Shown: piece by piece, positions 21,610 to 35,200 of the stretch | Layout: each line of letters starts with the position of its first letter | How positions within the stretch are numbered: the first letter of the stretch is position 1 | Assembly: GCA_965240325.2 (NCBI GenBank) | Contig: OZ251226.1 | Location: 2,108,001 to 2,172,000 of the forward strand | Direction of reading: 5' to 3' | Length of the DNA: 64,000 nt | DNA from: Rebecca billardiae RCC1528 | Lineage: Eukaryota > Protista > Haptophyta | Made by a program: the position numbers and the translations under genes | Notes under the pieces: generated by a model | Told to the model about the DNA's origin: nothing | Seen by the model: the letters and a program-made list of their open reading frames with translations, nothing else | The model's database searches: none

Positions 21610-24600
21610 TCACCCCCACGACGTTGACAGCGTCGTTGCTGAGAGCGCCGCTCGCCATCTTCTTGAACACTGACAGCAACTTGCGCAGCTGATGCAGCAG
21701 CGGCTCGACGAAGACCTCGGTAAACCGTTCACGCCACGCCACAGGCAGCATCGAGACGAGATACGCGAAGATCGCCGAGGACAGGACCGAGCCCGGCTCG
21801 ATGAGCACCACCTTGAACGCAGCCTCGATGCCCCACACCATGATCACCTGCTCACGCCACGTCCTTGGGTCGCGCACCGAGCGCTCGCCGTCCTGCGAGG
21901 ACGTGCCAAGGAGGGAGAAGGCGATGAGAAAGCAGACCAACACCAGCGCGAGGATGATCTGCACGGCCCATGCCGAGCGCAGCTTCCACATCTTCGGCCG
22001 ATTCGCCCACCAGCCCGCCGACTCGAGGTCGGCGCGCGCGAGCAGCACGCGGCGGAGCACGCGCGCGCTCAGGTCGGGGCCGCTTGCGTCCGCCTCCGCC
22101 GCGGCCTCCGCGCGCTCGTACGCCTCGAGCGCGGCTTGTGTCGCGACGTCGGGCGCGGCGATCACCACCGATGGCACCACGTCGTACCCGTCGTCGAACG
22201 GGCTGGTCGCGTACGCGACGTACGCCATCTTGACGGCGTCAGCTGGCGAGCTCGCGCCGTCAGATCGCGTGGACTGCACTCTGAAGAGAGGAGGGAGCCG
22301 CGCGGCGACGTTGGACGGCGCACTCAAGAGATCAGGCAGCCGCACGGCGACCGTGCTGGCACGGGCCACGGAGGCGGACTCGCGCCGGCCGCGCGGCTCG
22401 GCGCGGTACAGCGCCTCGAGATCCTCGGGGCTGATCGCGGGCAGCCTGAACACGAACTCCGCCTGCACAAAGCGAACGTCCGGCATCAGCCCGCTCTCGG
22501 CGGCGTGCGCCGCCTCGCCGCGGTCGTCGCGGCCGGGGGCGGGGCTCTCGTCGCCGAAGGCCGAGGGCGGCGCGAGCGCGGGGGCGGGGCTCTCGTCGCC
22601 GAAGGCAGAGGGTGGCGCGGGCGCGGGTGGGCACAGCCGGCCCATCAACGAGCGCGGCGGCGGCGCGGGCTCCGGCTCGGCCTCTGGCTCTGACGCGCGC
22701 GACCTGTCGGTCTGGCTGCGCGTCATCTGCGCGCGCTCGATATGGGCCGAGCCCGCGACAAAGAAGCCGACCAGCTGGCCGTGGAAGGTGGGGATGGCGA
22801 TGAGCGCCTGGACGGGCATCGCGACGGCGCCTGCCATGTTCGGGGGCAGCGGCGGCAGCCGCATGCTGCCGATCACCTGCACCTGGCTCTGGCGCAGCGC
22901 GCGCGCCGCCTCTCGCCGCGCCGAGCGCTTCTGCGCGCGCACGGCTTCCTCCGACTCCTGGCCCAGGCCCGCGCCAAGGCTGCTCGCTGCGCTCAGCTGC
23001 CCGCCGCGCACTCCCAGCGCGGCAGCCACGGGCGCGGGTCCGATCTGCCGCACGTTGTCCGGCCGCACGTACCGGATAGGGAACTCGGGCGCTCCGGGCA
23101 GGACGGGGAGCAAGCCGGCCGCGCCGGAGCCGTTGCCGCCGCCGCCAGCGTCGCCGACGCCCTCGGCCGCGCCGACGCCGTCGCCATCGCCGCTGCTCTC
23201 GCCTCGTGTCATCGTGGCGGCCGCGGTGCCGCCGCCGCCGCCGGTAGTCTGCGAGACAGAGTTGGTCGAGCCGCCGGGGCCGAGGCTGCGCGCTGACGTG
23301 AGGTCGCGCCCCGGCGCTGGCGGCACCTCATCCGCACGCAGCGAGTTCCGACGCGCCTCCTCGTCACGGTGGTCGTCCGGCCTCGCCTCGAGCAGCCCGC
23401 GCCTCTTCGCCACCCACTTCCACAGGCTAGGCAGGAAGAGCTGCTCGAACGGGTAGCCCGTGACCAGCCCGACGAGCACGGCGAAGACGATCTGCGTCGA
23501 GCTCTGATTCTCTGGGACGCCGAGGAAGAGCGCGATCACAAACAGCTCGAGCAGCGCAATGTTGAGCAGGCTCATCAGCCGCTGCTTGGCCTGTGCGGGC
23601 GGTGCGGTCGGAGGCGGGAAGGGTCGGGGGCGGGAAGGGTCGGAGGCGAAGACGGTCGAGAAGGGCGCGCGTGGGCGTGGCGCGAGCAGGCGGCGAGGCC
23701 GACGCGCTCGCGGCTGCGCACGCGCGAGCGTCGCCCCGTCGCACCGTGATGTTCTCGCCTGGCAGCCGCACGATCCAGGAGGTGGCCGACGACTTGGCGA
23801 GCAGCGCTGCGCCGGTCGCCCAAAGCCGCGACTTCTCCGCGCGCTGCTTCCAGAACGGCACGGACGGCTCTGTCTCGACGGCGACGTCGATGTTGTACGC
23901 GAGGCCGAAGAGCGCGAAGAAGAGGCCGAGCGTGGAGCTGACCAGCACCACGCCCCAGAAGTTGGCTTGCAGCCGCTCCGACAGGATGGCAGCCACCTGC
24001 TCCTCGTTGTCCGCATCCTCCAGCTCCTCCGTGTCGGTCGGCAGGTTCACGACGGGCGCGGTGAACGCCTCCTCGCCGCTCGCGAGGCGCTGGACGGCGA
24101 CGGTGAGGGCGACAAAGTCTGCGGGCCGGGCGTGGGCGCGCGATCGCGCGTGTGGGCAGGTGGGCGGGCGGGCCGGCACATACATGGCGGGTGAGCGCAG
24201 GCGTACGCGCGGCCGCACGAGGTCGGGAGCGGCAGCGGGCGCGCTCGCGCGCGCGACACGGCTCCGCACCGGTGAGGTGGTTGCACGCGCACTCGACCGA
24301 CGCGCCGTCCGGTGAGAGCTGCGAGCTGCAGCCCTCGGTCGACCAGAGCTGCGAGCTCTCGTTCCTGCGCGGCAGGCAGCCAGTCGCGGGCGGGTGCCGA
24401 GTGAGCGTGCGGGCGGTCAGTCGGCACGGCGGGCGCGCAGGCGCGGCGCGGCGCGGTGAGACAGCCGCGCCGTGGACGCGCGCGCACCAGAAGTGGCACA
24501 GCGTGAGCTCGTCGCACGCCGGCCCGGCGAAGCTGGGCGCGCACTCGCACGCGCCCGACGTGGCGTTGCACACGCCGCGGGACACGTCGCCGTCGGCCGC

Positions 24601-27600
24601 GCAGCTGTTGTCGGTCGAGCACGTGCCCTCCTCCTCCGCCGAGTCGCCGAGTGTGAAGAGCTGCGAGGCGGGCAGCAGCGGGATCACGATCACGAGGCGA
24701 TCTCGCGTGCCGTCGATGGCGAGCTCGGTGCCGTCCGAGGCGAAGGCGAGCGTGACGGAGAAGAGCGCCGACTGCAGCGCGCGCTGCTCGCCCAGCTCAA
24801 AGACGTCGTCCGAGTCCGCGGCGTCGCCGTCCACCTGCGAGCGCGGCACCGAGTCCACGTCACCGCTCGCGCCGCGCGGGTCGTCGTGCGTGTTGCGCTG
24901 CAGCAGCACGAGCCGCACGTCGACGCCGCCGCGCAGCGCGTCGCCGTCGCCGTCACGGTCCGCGAAGAGCGAGGCCGGGATCGTGAGCGCCGCGCCGCCG
25001 GAGCCGCCGGGCCCGGCCACGGTGGTGTTGGCGAGCTCGTCGGCGAAAGCGCGCTGCGAGCGCACCGAGACGCGCTCGGCGCTCACCTCGCGCGCCGCCT
25101 CGCCCGGCAGCACGCCGACCAGCGCGTTGCTCGCAAGCGTGGCCAGGCTCGCCTGCAGCTCGTCGTCGAGCTGCGCCGTGCTCGGCGCGAGCAGCAGCAC
25201 CGTGTTGGCGACGAGGTCGTCGGCGCGCAGCACCGAGTTCAGGCCCGCGAGCGAGTTGGCCGCGGTCGTGTCGTCGAGGCCGTCCGCCTCCGTGGACGAG
25301 AGCACGAGCGAGAGCTGGCGCACGCCCTCGAGCTGCGAGTCGGCGTTGAGGGCGGCCGGCACGGCGAGGACCGTCGAAATGGTGCCCGAGAGCTGCACGC
25401 GCTCCGCCTCGTCCTGCGCGCCGCCGGCCTCGTCCGCGCTGAGCGAGGTGACGTCGAGCAGCTCGAGCACGAGCAGCTGCGCGTCCGCGCCGTCCTCGCG
25501 CGAGACGGTGAGCAGCGTCGCGTCCGCGACCGCGAGCACCAGCTGCAGCGCGCCCTCGACGTTGCCCACGTCGAGCGCGTCGCCCGCGCCGTCGATCTTC
25601 TCGCGCGTGAACGCGGCCGTGCGGTCGTCGGCTGCGACCGGCAGCACGGTGACCGGCGTGCGCTCGACGACTGCGCCGTCAAACTGGTCGACCACGGTCA
25701 CCGTCGCGTTGTACTCGCCCTCGGGCAGCACCGCGCTCGCGCGCTCCTCCGCCGACGCGTCGGTGACGAACTGCACGAGCACGGAGCCGGGCCTCACGTA
25801 CCCGAACGTGAACGCGAGCGGCAGGTCCTCCGCATCGTCCGTCCAGTCGGCCGCCTCGTACGCAAACTCGGTGAAGGCGGGACCGGTCTCTGGCGTGATC
25901 GTGAGGCTGCCGCCGTACGGCGGCCGGTTGATCAGCACGCGCACCTCGGCGTACGAGGGCTCCTGCCCGCCGCTCACCTCGAGCGAGAGCGCGTACGTCG
26001 CGCCGGCTGTGAGCACGCCCGAGCGGAAGACAAATGTGCGCTTGCGGTCGCCCGTCGTGGTCACCGCCGTGTCGTCGGCGACATCGAGAGCAGACGCGAG
26101 GCGCGCGGCGCCCACGACCTCGGTGACCGCCCAGTTGAACTCGAAGGTGAGGTTGCCCACCGTCTGCGCGAGCGCCGCCTCCTCGTCGAGCTGCGCGGAC
26201 ACGCCGATCGCCAGCTCGGGCACGTCCCACAGCGCGTTGTACTTGGCGCGGTTGAGCGGCGACATGGTCACCTGCGGCACGTAGTCGTTGACGAGGGTGA
26301 GCGTCGCGGACTCGGAAGAGGTGCGGCCGTCGGCTGCGAACGTGACCGTGAGCTTGACCACGTACGTGCCCACGCCGCCGAGAGCCACGGTGGCGAGCGT
26401 GAGCGTCGGCGTCGCCACCGCCGAGACGTCGACGGCCGTCGCGCCGCTCACCGCCTTGGTCACCGCCCAGCTGTAGCTCAGCCCGGCGGCGGTGCCGGTG
26501 TTGAAGTCGACCGAGCCGGAGCCGTCGACGCGCGCGCTCGTCTGCGTGAGCGAGAGCGTGCGCGAGCCGCCGGAGATCACCGCACGCACGCCCTGCGGCG
26601 TGACTCTGACGGTCGCGAGCGCGAACGACGCCGCGCTTGGGTTGTCGCGCATCGACGCGTCCACGCGGAAGACGTACGTGTACCCGGCGAGCAGGCTGTA
26701 CGGGCGCAGCACGAGCGTGGGCAGCAGGCGCGCCCGCCGCGTCGGTGTACGGCACGGGCACGCCGCCCGACGGCGGCGGGTCGCCGTTCGTCGGCGCGGC
26801 GGAGAGCAGCGTCCAGTTGAAGTCGATCCGGCCGGAGAGGTCGGACGAGAAGCAGGTCGCGACCGACGCGCTCGTGCGCAGCCGCGTCGTCGCGCCCGGC
26901 CGCACCGCGCGGCTCGCGGCGCCGTCGATCGCGACGAGTGGCGCAAACTCAGAGGTACGCGTGACGGTGAATATCGCGACGGGCGAGGCAAAGCCGAGGA
27001 AGGACGAGGCACGCAGCACGAAAGCGAACGAGTCGCCCGCGGGGAGCACAAGCGCGAGCGTCGGGCCAGAGAGCTTCTTCACGGCCGCCGAGAGCGCCGT
27101 TGCCGCGTCGACCGTGAGCCCCTGCGTCGTGTCCACCGCCCAGATGTAGCTGAGCGGTCCGATGCCGGCGCGCTCGGTCACGGTGGCCTTGACGGTGACC
27201 ACCTCGTTCGGGCACGCGGACGACACGAGCGCGTTGCCGCTGAGCTGCACTGCGGGCGTGGGGCAGCCGCCGGCGCACGCGTCCGCCTGCTCGAGCGGCA
27301 CCTCCGCCGAGAGCGCGCCCGCGCACAGCGGGTTGGGGCACTGAGCGGTGGAGAGCTCTGGCTGCAGCACGTTGGCGCGGATCCCGACCGTGTCGCCCGG
27401 CCCGACGGCGGTGCGGCCGTTGAGCTGCGCGACGAGGGTGGAGTCGTCCTCCCAGTAGCACAGCGGCGCGCGCACCGCGCCGCCGCGGATCAGCTCGACC
27501 GTGCTCTCGTCGAGCACGCGCGAGCACAGCTGCAGGCCGGACATGCGCGCGCGGTCCGTCGGCTGCGCGTCGAACTGCAGCACGAGCGCGGTCGCGCGCG

Positions 27601-29284
27601 CGTTGAACGTCGCCGAGAGCAGCCGCGGCGTGCTCAGCCCCGCCGCGTACGTGAACTTGGTGTCGTTGACCGCCGCCGCGCCCGCCTCGACGTACTGCCG
27701 GCCGTTCAGCGCGACGCCCACCACCACGGTCGTGTTTGCGTCGGCGGGCGGCGAGAGCACTCGGATCTCCGTGTCGGTGACGGCGAGCGGCGCGGGCGCG
27801 ACGTCCGCGCCGAAGCGCACGCGCAGCCGGCCCTGCGGCACGCTCGGGAGCGCCCAGGTGCTCGCGTTGAGCAGCGCGCCAAAGCCCGAGCCGCGCACGA
27901 CCACCTCCGCGCCGCCCGTGCTCAGCCCGAAGCTCGGCGAGATCGAGCTCACGGTCGGCTCCTCGTAGTAGCCAAACTGCATGCCGGAGCTGGTAGTTGT
28001 GCCCGCTGCGCCGCTGCTCAGCGAGAGCTCGAGCGAGATGACGGCGGAGGCGGTGGGCGGTGGCGCGGGCAGCGTGCACGCCGCGCGGACGACGCTCGTG
28101 CCGCGCGCGCCGAGCAGCAGCGTGGCGGGCGCGACGCACGAGCCCTCGACGACGCAGCACAGCCCGTCATTGGCCAGGAGGCCGCCAAAGCCGACGCCGC
28201 TGAGCGTGACGCGCGTGCCGCCGGCCGTCGGCCCGCCGACCGGCGCGACGCTCGTCAGCGCCACGTTGCCGATGCTGTACAGCCGCACGCGCACCGCGTC
28301 GAATACGTTGAAGACGAGGTCCGCGCCGCCGTTCAGCGAGAGCCGCACGTCGTAGCTCTTGCCCGCCTGCGCCTCCGCCGCCTGGATCTCGCGGCAGACC
28401 GCCGTTGTGTTGTCCACGATCGTCGCCGGCCGCGCGAACGGCGTGACGGTGTTCTCCTTGGTGTACAGGCAGATGGCTTGGTCCGGGCCGAGGTCGAGAA
28501 AGCCCGCGCCGCGCAGCGTCACCTGCGCGGGCGCGCTCGCCGGCGACGCGGACGGCGAGCCCGACGAGACGGTCGCCGTGTACGTGACGAGCCGCGCGGA
28601 CGAGGGCGCGTACGAGAAGCCGTTCGGCGAGACCTCGACGGTGACACGGCGCACCGCCTCGCCGGCCGGCAGCGAGATGAGCGGCGGCACGCACTGCACG
28701 AGCTCGGAGGAGAGCAGCACGCCCGGCACGACGCTCTTGGCGCCAGTGCCCGTCTCAAAGCGGCAGCTCAGCCCGCCGCCCGCATCGATAAAGTCCTTGC
28801 CGAGCACGCGGATCGCGCGGCCCTCCGCGCCGTCGGGCAGCCCGAGTGGATCGACGCCGTCGACCGTCACGTTGGAGAGATCGAACCACACGAAGGCGCG
28901 CGTCGCAACGAGCGTACGCGGCGAAGAGCCGTCGTCCGTGCGCAGCTCGACCACCACGTCCGACGAGGCGCCCGTCCCGGGTGGCGTGTGCGCGGCGCAC
29001 TCAACCGCTGTCGCGCTCACGCTCAGCGCGGGCACGACGAGGGGAGGCGCTTGCGCGTCGTTGGTGCCGTTCGCGAAGAAGGCGCAGCTCAGGTTGCCGA
29101 CCTGCGCGATGGCCGGCTCGAAGCCGGCGCCGAGCAGCGTGACGGGCGTGTCGATGCCTATCGCCGCGCCCGGTGGCACGAGTGCCGAGACTGAGGCGGA
29201 GCCGAGGGTCGTCAGCTGCGCGGTGGGGAGCGCCGGCGGCGAGGGCGGGGTCGGCGGCGGTGGCGTGGGCGGCGGCGGCGGCGA

Positions 29285-29323
<39 letters not shown>

Positions 29324-29880
29324 CGACGGCGGGCTCGGCGGCGCCGGCGGCGGCGAGAAGTACTCGCAGGCCTCGCCCTCGAAGCTGAACGTCGCGTTGG
29401 AGTTGAAGTTCTTCGCCGTGCTGTCGTCGCACCCGAGGATGAGCGCTGTCGGGTAACTGAGCACGTCGATGCCGAAGAAGCCGCTCAGATCCTCCACCGA
29501 GTACGTCTTCAGCAGGGCCTCGAAGTCGACGGGCTCGCCCTGCGCGGTGAGCTGGATGATCGCGAGCACGAGCACGGCCGAGCCCGGCAGCTTGGCCACC
29601 GCCTGCATGTTGGACGGCGGCACTCCGCTCAGCTGCGAGAGCCCGTCGATGATCTCGTCGACAGTCGCATCGGTCAGCTCGGAGACGGGGCCGTCGATCA
29701 AGAGCCGCAAATAGTCGACGGTGAGCGGCGGCGATGGCGGTGGGCTCGGCGGCGGGTTCGGCGGCGGGCTCGGCGGCGGACTCGGCGGCGAGGGCGGCGG
29801 GAGTGGCTCCGTGCGCGGCGGCGGCGGCAGCATGGGCGGCGGCGGCGGCGAGGGCGGCGGGGACGGGGGCGGCGGCGGCG
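21610..29880 (-). repeat. Left arm of ~8.2 kb inverted duplication (partner ~50230-58418)
   Basis: Colinear, highly similar reverse-complement sequence including introns. Confidence 0.9.
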
Positions 29881-31100
29881 GACTCGGCGATGGCGGGGGT
29901 GGTGGTGGCCTGCGCGGCGGGCTGGGCGGCGGGGTCGGCGGCGGGGGCGGCGGTGGGGTCGGTGGCGGGGTCGGCGGTGGGGTCGGCGGCAGGCTGGGCG
30001 GTGGGCTTGGCGGCGGGCTGGGCGGCAGGTTGGGTGGCAGGCTGGGCGGCGGGCTGGGCGGCGGGCTCGGGGGCAGGCTGGGGGGCGGGCTAGGCGGCGG
30101 GCTGGGCGGCGGTGTCGGCGGCGGTGTCGGCGGCGGTGTCGGCGGCGGTGTCGGCGGCGGTGTCGGCGGCAGGCTGGGCGGTGGGCTTGGCGGCTGGCTT
30201 GGCGGCTGGCTGGGCGGCGGGCTGGGTGGCGGGCTCGGCGGCGGGGTCGGCGGCGGGGTCGGCGGCAGGCTGGGCGGTGGGCTTGGCGGCTGGCTGGGCG
30301 GCGGGCTGGGCGGCGGGGGCGGCGGTGGGCTGGGCGGCGGGCTGGGCGGCGGGCTTGGTGGCAGACTGGGCGGCAGGCTGGGCGGCGGGATTGGCGGCGA
30401 GGTCGGCGGCGGGCTGGGCGGCGGGCTGGGGGGCGGGCTGGGCGGCGGGCTGGGCGGCGGGCTGGGCGGCGGGGTTGGCGGCGGGGTCGGCGGCGGGGTC
30501 GGCGGCAGGCTGGGCGGTGGGCTTGGCGGCTGGCTGGGCGGCGGGCTGGGCGGCGGGGGCGGCGGTGGGCTGGGCGGCGGGCTGGGCGGCGGGCTTGGTG
30601 GCAGACTGGGCGGCAGGCTGGGCGGCGGGATTGGCGGCGAGGTCGGCGGCGGGCTGGGCGGCGGGCTGGGGGGCGGGCTGGGCGGCGGGCTGGGCGGCGG
30701 GCTGGGCGGCGGGGTTGGCGGCGGGGTCGGCGGCGGGGTCGGCGGCAGGCTGGGCGGTGGGCTGGGCGGCGGGCTGGGCGGCACGTTGGGCGACGGGCTG
30801 GGCGGCGGGCTTGGCGGCGGAGTCGGCGGTGGGTTCGGCGGCAGGCTGGGCGGCTGGCCGGGCGGCAGGCTTGGCGGCGGGCTTGGCGGCGGGCTGGGCG
30901 GCACGTTGGGCGACGGGCTGGGCGGCGGGCTTGGCGGCGGAGTCGGCGGTGGGGTCGGCGGTGGGGTCGGCGGCTGGCTGGGCGGCTGGCTGGGCGGCAG
31001 GCTTGGCGGCGGGCTGGGCGGCGGGCTGGGCGGCGGGCCGGGCGGCGGGCTGGGCGGCGGGGTCGGCGGTGGGCTGGGCGGCGGGCTGGGCGGCGCACCA
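29720..31100 (-). repeat. Coding minisatellite encoding extensin-like (S/T)PPP repeats, with higher-order 240-bp and 120-bp duplications
   Basis: 12-bp units. 30241-30480 repeats at 30481-30720, and the blocks at 30781 and 30901 are similar. Confidence 0.9.
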
Positions 31101-32260
31101 GCAGGCGCAGCAGGCGGCAACCCTACCGGCGGAGCTGGCGCCCCCACCGGCAGGTCTGGCGGCGCACCAGCAGGCGCAGCAGGGGGCATCCCCACCGATG
31201 GAGGCGGTGTCCCCACCGGCAGAACTGGCGGCGCACTAGCAGGCGCAGCAGGCGGTTCGTTGGCTGATGCTGCGGGTAGCTGTGTGAATGCGACCAGTAG
31301 TGAGAGCAGGAGCGTGCAGCGCGCCCACTGGCAGAATGAGAGTTGAGCGAGCGGTGCAGGGCGACTTGCTCGCATCGAGCCCCGCGTCGTGCTCGACACG
31401 TGAGGCGGGCGCATTCACGACGTGTGCGCCAGATTCTCGCGCCGGTGGCTCCGGGGCCAGCGCAGGTGATAGTGAGCTACGCCCCCCATAAAGTAAGTTT
31501 ATGACGATACTACTATACGCTATGTTTTCCAGCTTTTGGCCTGCAAATTTGGCTCATCAGCCATCAGGCTTCCCAATAACAAGAATCAGATATGACGACG
31601 TTAGTTAACTACGACTCCCATATGGTTCAAGCTACAAGTAGTGATTACAAGCGGTCTGCTTGCTTTTTATTGGTCGCCGATATGTTTGTTGATACAGTAT
31701 GTCAAGCAATTGACAATGCCAGAGGCTGCAGACCCACGCCACTATCATAATAATGACGACTATGGAGCGCTCGTTGGAACTTGAGCGGGGTGGAACTTGA
31801 AACTTGATGACCCCGCATTTCCCAGCAAAGTGCTTGTGCTTGCGCACCCTGGCAGCTGGCTGGGCTGGCACGCTCGCTCGGCACACGCTCCTGAGCGCTC
31901 GCTTCGCGGTGCGGCAGGCCTTGGGCATCAGCCCAGACAGACATGCCGCGACCGAATTACTGCGGGCCATTCGCGCACCACATCCGCGCTACATTTATTG
32001 GCGCCACATGGCCTGCGCGCTGGACGACTGAGAGAACGCCGAACCATCACCGACCACCGATCGCCCCGATTCTCCGTCCGAACTGCATGGCGAGTGGCGA
32101 CCAGAAGTGAGAAGCACGCAATCCTCGCGACAGCGCACCGCGTCGAACTGCTCGATCAGGCTCCCTGACCGGGTACTTGGAGCATGTTCAGCTAACACCG
32201 TAGCAGCAGCAGCGCTTCATCATGGTGTACCTCCACCGCCCGCGAGCTTCAAGCTTATTG

Positions 32261-35200
32261 CTACGCCGAGAGCTGCCCGTGGCCGTGAGCGGGCTCGCCG
32301 AGGCGGCTGGACGTCGACCTCTGCCTGCTCGATGGCGGGTCGTGCGACGGCTGGCGCCCGGCGGCGAGGATGCCCGACTGAGCCGGGCGCGCGCTCGTGG
32401 CGTCGGTCGCCGGCGGCTCGGTCCGCGCCGAGTCAGGCCGCCCAGCCTCCGTGTCGAGCGCGTGCACGCGCGCGAGCGCGAGCCGCAGGAAGGTGCGGTG
32501 GTCCGCGTACAGGCTGACGGCTGCGCTCGAGGCGCCGCGCCCGCCGAGCGCGCGCGCCGGGGTGGGCTCGGCCGCGTCGTCGAGCAGCAGCTCGTCGCTC
32601 AGGTCGAGCCAGCTCGCCGCCGACGTGCTCGAGCCGCCGCGCAGCGCCACGCGCTCCGCGAGCGCGTCGTCGCGGATGAAGAAGAGGCCGACGGTCGTCT
32701 CCATCCACGCGTTGTCGGTGTTGCGCGGGTCATCCACGTAGCCCTCGTACACGCGCTCGCCCCCCGAGGCGAAGACCTCGTCGAGCGCGTCCTCCAGGTC
32801 CGCCTTGGCCTGCGCCTCCGTGTGCGACGCGGCCGCCTCCGTGAACTCGCGCCGCAGCGCCTCGGGCGCGAGCTCGCCGTCCGTCACCATGCCGCCGGGG
32901 ATGGCCCAAGCGCCCACGTCCGCGCGCTTGATGGCTGCCACTTGGTAGCCGCGCGCGCCACCGGCGGCGGCGGCGGCGTCGCCGCGAGCAGGCGCGCGGC
33001 GGATCACGACGGGGTCGGCCGCCTGCGGCGCGGGCGCGAGGGTGCAGGGGCGAGGCGGCGGCGGCGAGGGGTGAGTGGGACGAGCGCGCGCGACCGCCGC
33101 ACGCGCCGCACGCGCGGCGCGCGACGGCGCGCGCTCGCGCTCGCGCCGCGGCGGCGCGCACGCACATGGTTGGGGCCCCATTTGCCAAGCAGCCCGCGCC
33201 CTGTGGTGCCCGTGCGGCCGCGCGGGTTGAGCGGCCTGCCGATGGCCGAGAGCACGATCTCCTGCTCGAACGAGCGGCGGTGCCGGAAGTCCACGCCCGT
33301 CGCGTCCGCCGGGTCCGCCCACGCGGGCGGCTGGCCCCGGCCGCCCGCGCCCGCGCCCGCGCCCGCGCCTGCGCCGAGGACGCTCGCGTGCGTGAACTCG
33401 ATCGGTTCGTACGACGTCCACTCGACCTCCCAGGGCACCTTGCCGTCGGGCACGGCGGCGCGCTTGTCCTTGTACGCCGCGTTCTGCGTCGAGCGCGCGC
33501 GCGCGTGCAGCGGCACGCCCGCGCGCACGCGCGAGCGCGGCACGCGCTCCGACGCGCCGCGCAGCATGCCGAGCGTGTGAGCGATCGCGCCCAGCTTGGC
33601 GTGGATTGCCTCGCGGTCCTCGAGCCGCTGGAGCTGGAGCGTGCGCACGTCGCGCGCGACGGCGGAGACGCGCGCGCCCACGTCCTCGCGCGCGCGCCGC
33701 TCCATGTCCTCCGCCAGCGCGTAGAAGGCGCGCGTCTCGTCGCGAGACTCGTTGCCCGTGTCCGGCTTGGTGCCGGGTGCGCGCACGCCGCCCGCGCTGC
33801 GCCGCCGCTGCTGCTGCGCGTCCGCGGCCGCGCGCCCGTCCGGCGGCGGCGGCGGCGGCGGCGGCTGCGGCGCGCCGCCGCCCGCGCGCGAGGCGAGGCG
33901 CGTCGCGCCGACGAGCGGCGCGACGAGCAGGTTGAGCGGCGGCGGCGTGCGCGCGAGCACCGTGTCCACGTAGTCGACGAGCAGCATGTGTGCATACTGC
34001 CACTCAATGGCCGCCTGCGCGTTCACCTCGACGTAGGTATCCGTCATCATCGCGATCAGCAAGTTGAGGAGGAGCACCTGCGCGACGACGAGGAGGACGA
34101 TGAGCAGCACGGCGGGGAGGAGCGTGCGCTCGCCCTCGAGCGCGTTCACGGAGAAGTCGCCGAACTAAGCGCGCAGCCGCGAGGCGGACGGGCGGGCGCG
34201 CGCGGAGGCGTGAGCGAGCGTCGCCGCGCGCGCCGCGGCCGCGCGGTGCGCGCGCGGGTGCGCGGCGCGCGCGCGGCCGCGCGGCGCGCGCGCACCAGCG
34301 CCCAGACGGGGATGAAGGAGGGCCCGACGGCGCCGGTGAACTGGATGTTCTGCGCCAGCCCGTCCGTCTCGAACTCGATCAGCTCCGGGTCCTCGACGAG
34401 CGAGTACTTGGGCGCGAGCGCCGTGAAGGCGAGCCCAAAGCCAACCAGCAGACACGCCATCACCGCCGCCCAACGCGACACGTTGCGCGCCGCCATCTCC
34501 ACCATCACGATCACGAGCATGCCCACGCTGTGCAGCTGCATGAGCGTCTCGCCGACGAAGCGGAGGAAGGCGACGAGCGACGCGCCCGACAGCGCGAGCG
34601 GGAACACCCAGCCCGTCAGCACGTCGCGCAGCGCGCCCACCCGGCCGTGGCCGCCCGTGCCGCCCTCGCCGGCGCCGTCCGCGCCGTGCGCAAAGCCGGG
34701 CGCCTCGAGCGCGGCGAGGGCGAGGAACGCGACGCGCAGGCTGGTGATGGTCGCGGTGCAGAGCAGCAGCAAAGGGTCGAGCCACGCCCACGCGGGGCGC
34801 AGCCCGCGCCTCGCCCACGCGCGCCGCGCGCGCAGCGTCGCCGCCCAGTCGAGCTGCAGCCCGAGCGTCCACGCGGCGAACGCGCACTCGAGCCCAACCT
34901 GGCGCGCGGACGTGGGTCGCGCGCCGAGCGCGTGCGGCGCCGAGATCGATGTGGAGGCGATGAGCAGCGTGAGGACGAGCGCGAAGCCGACGTGGGTGAC
35001 GAGCGCGCGCGCCCAGAACTTGACCGCAGGGATCGCGTACGCGTCGTGGAACGCGGGCGCGCGCTTCTCCGAGCGGTGCTCCACCGCGGCCACCCAGCGC
35101 GTGCCGAGCGCCGCGGTCGCCCACCCGAACGGGAGCACGGCCTTGAGCAGCACCTGCGCGGGCGGCGCCGAGTCGTCGACGAGGCGGACGGCGTGGCCGT

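Larger units (their letters stand above)
21596..31375 (-). pseudogene. Polycystin-1-like surface receptor, copy A (signal peptide, long SPPP stalk, IPT/TIG, REJ, EGF, GPS, 5 TM); frameshifted at ~26731-26734
   Basis: Paralog of 41153-58433. Introns 24365-24487, 24119-24269 and 23591-23744. GPS motif CHFWN...WSTEGC...CACNHLTDF. A 4-bp GGCG duplication relative to copy B breaks the frame (~3,115 aa if corrected); this could be an assembly error. Confidence 0.75.
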
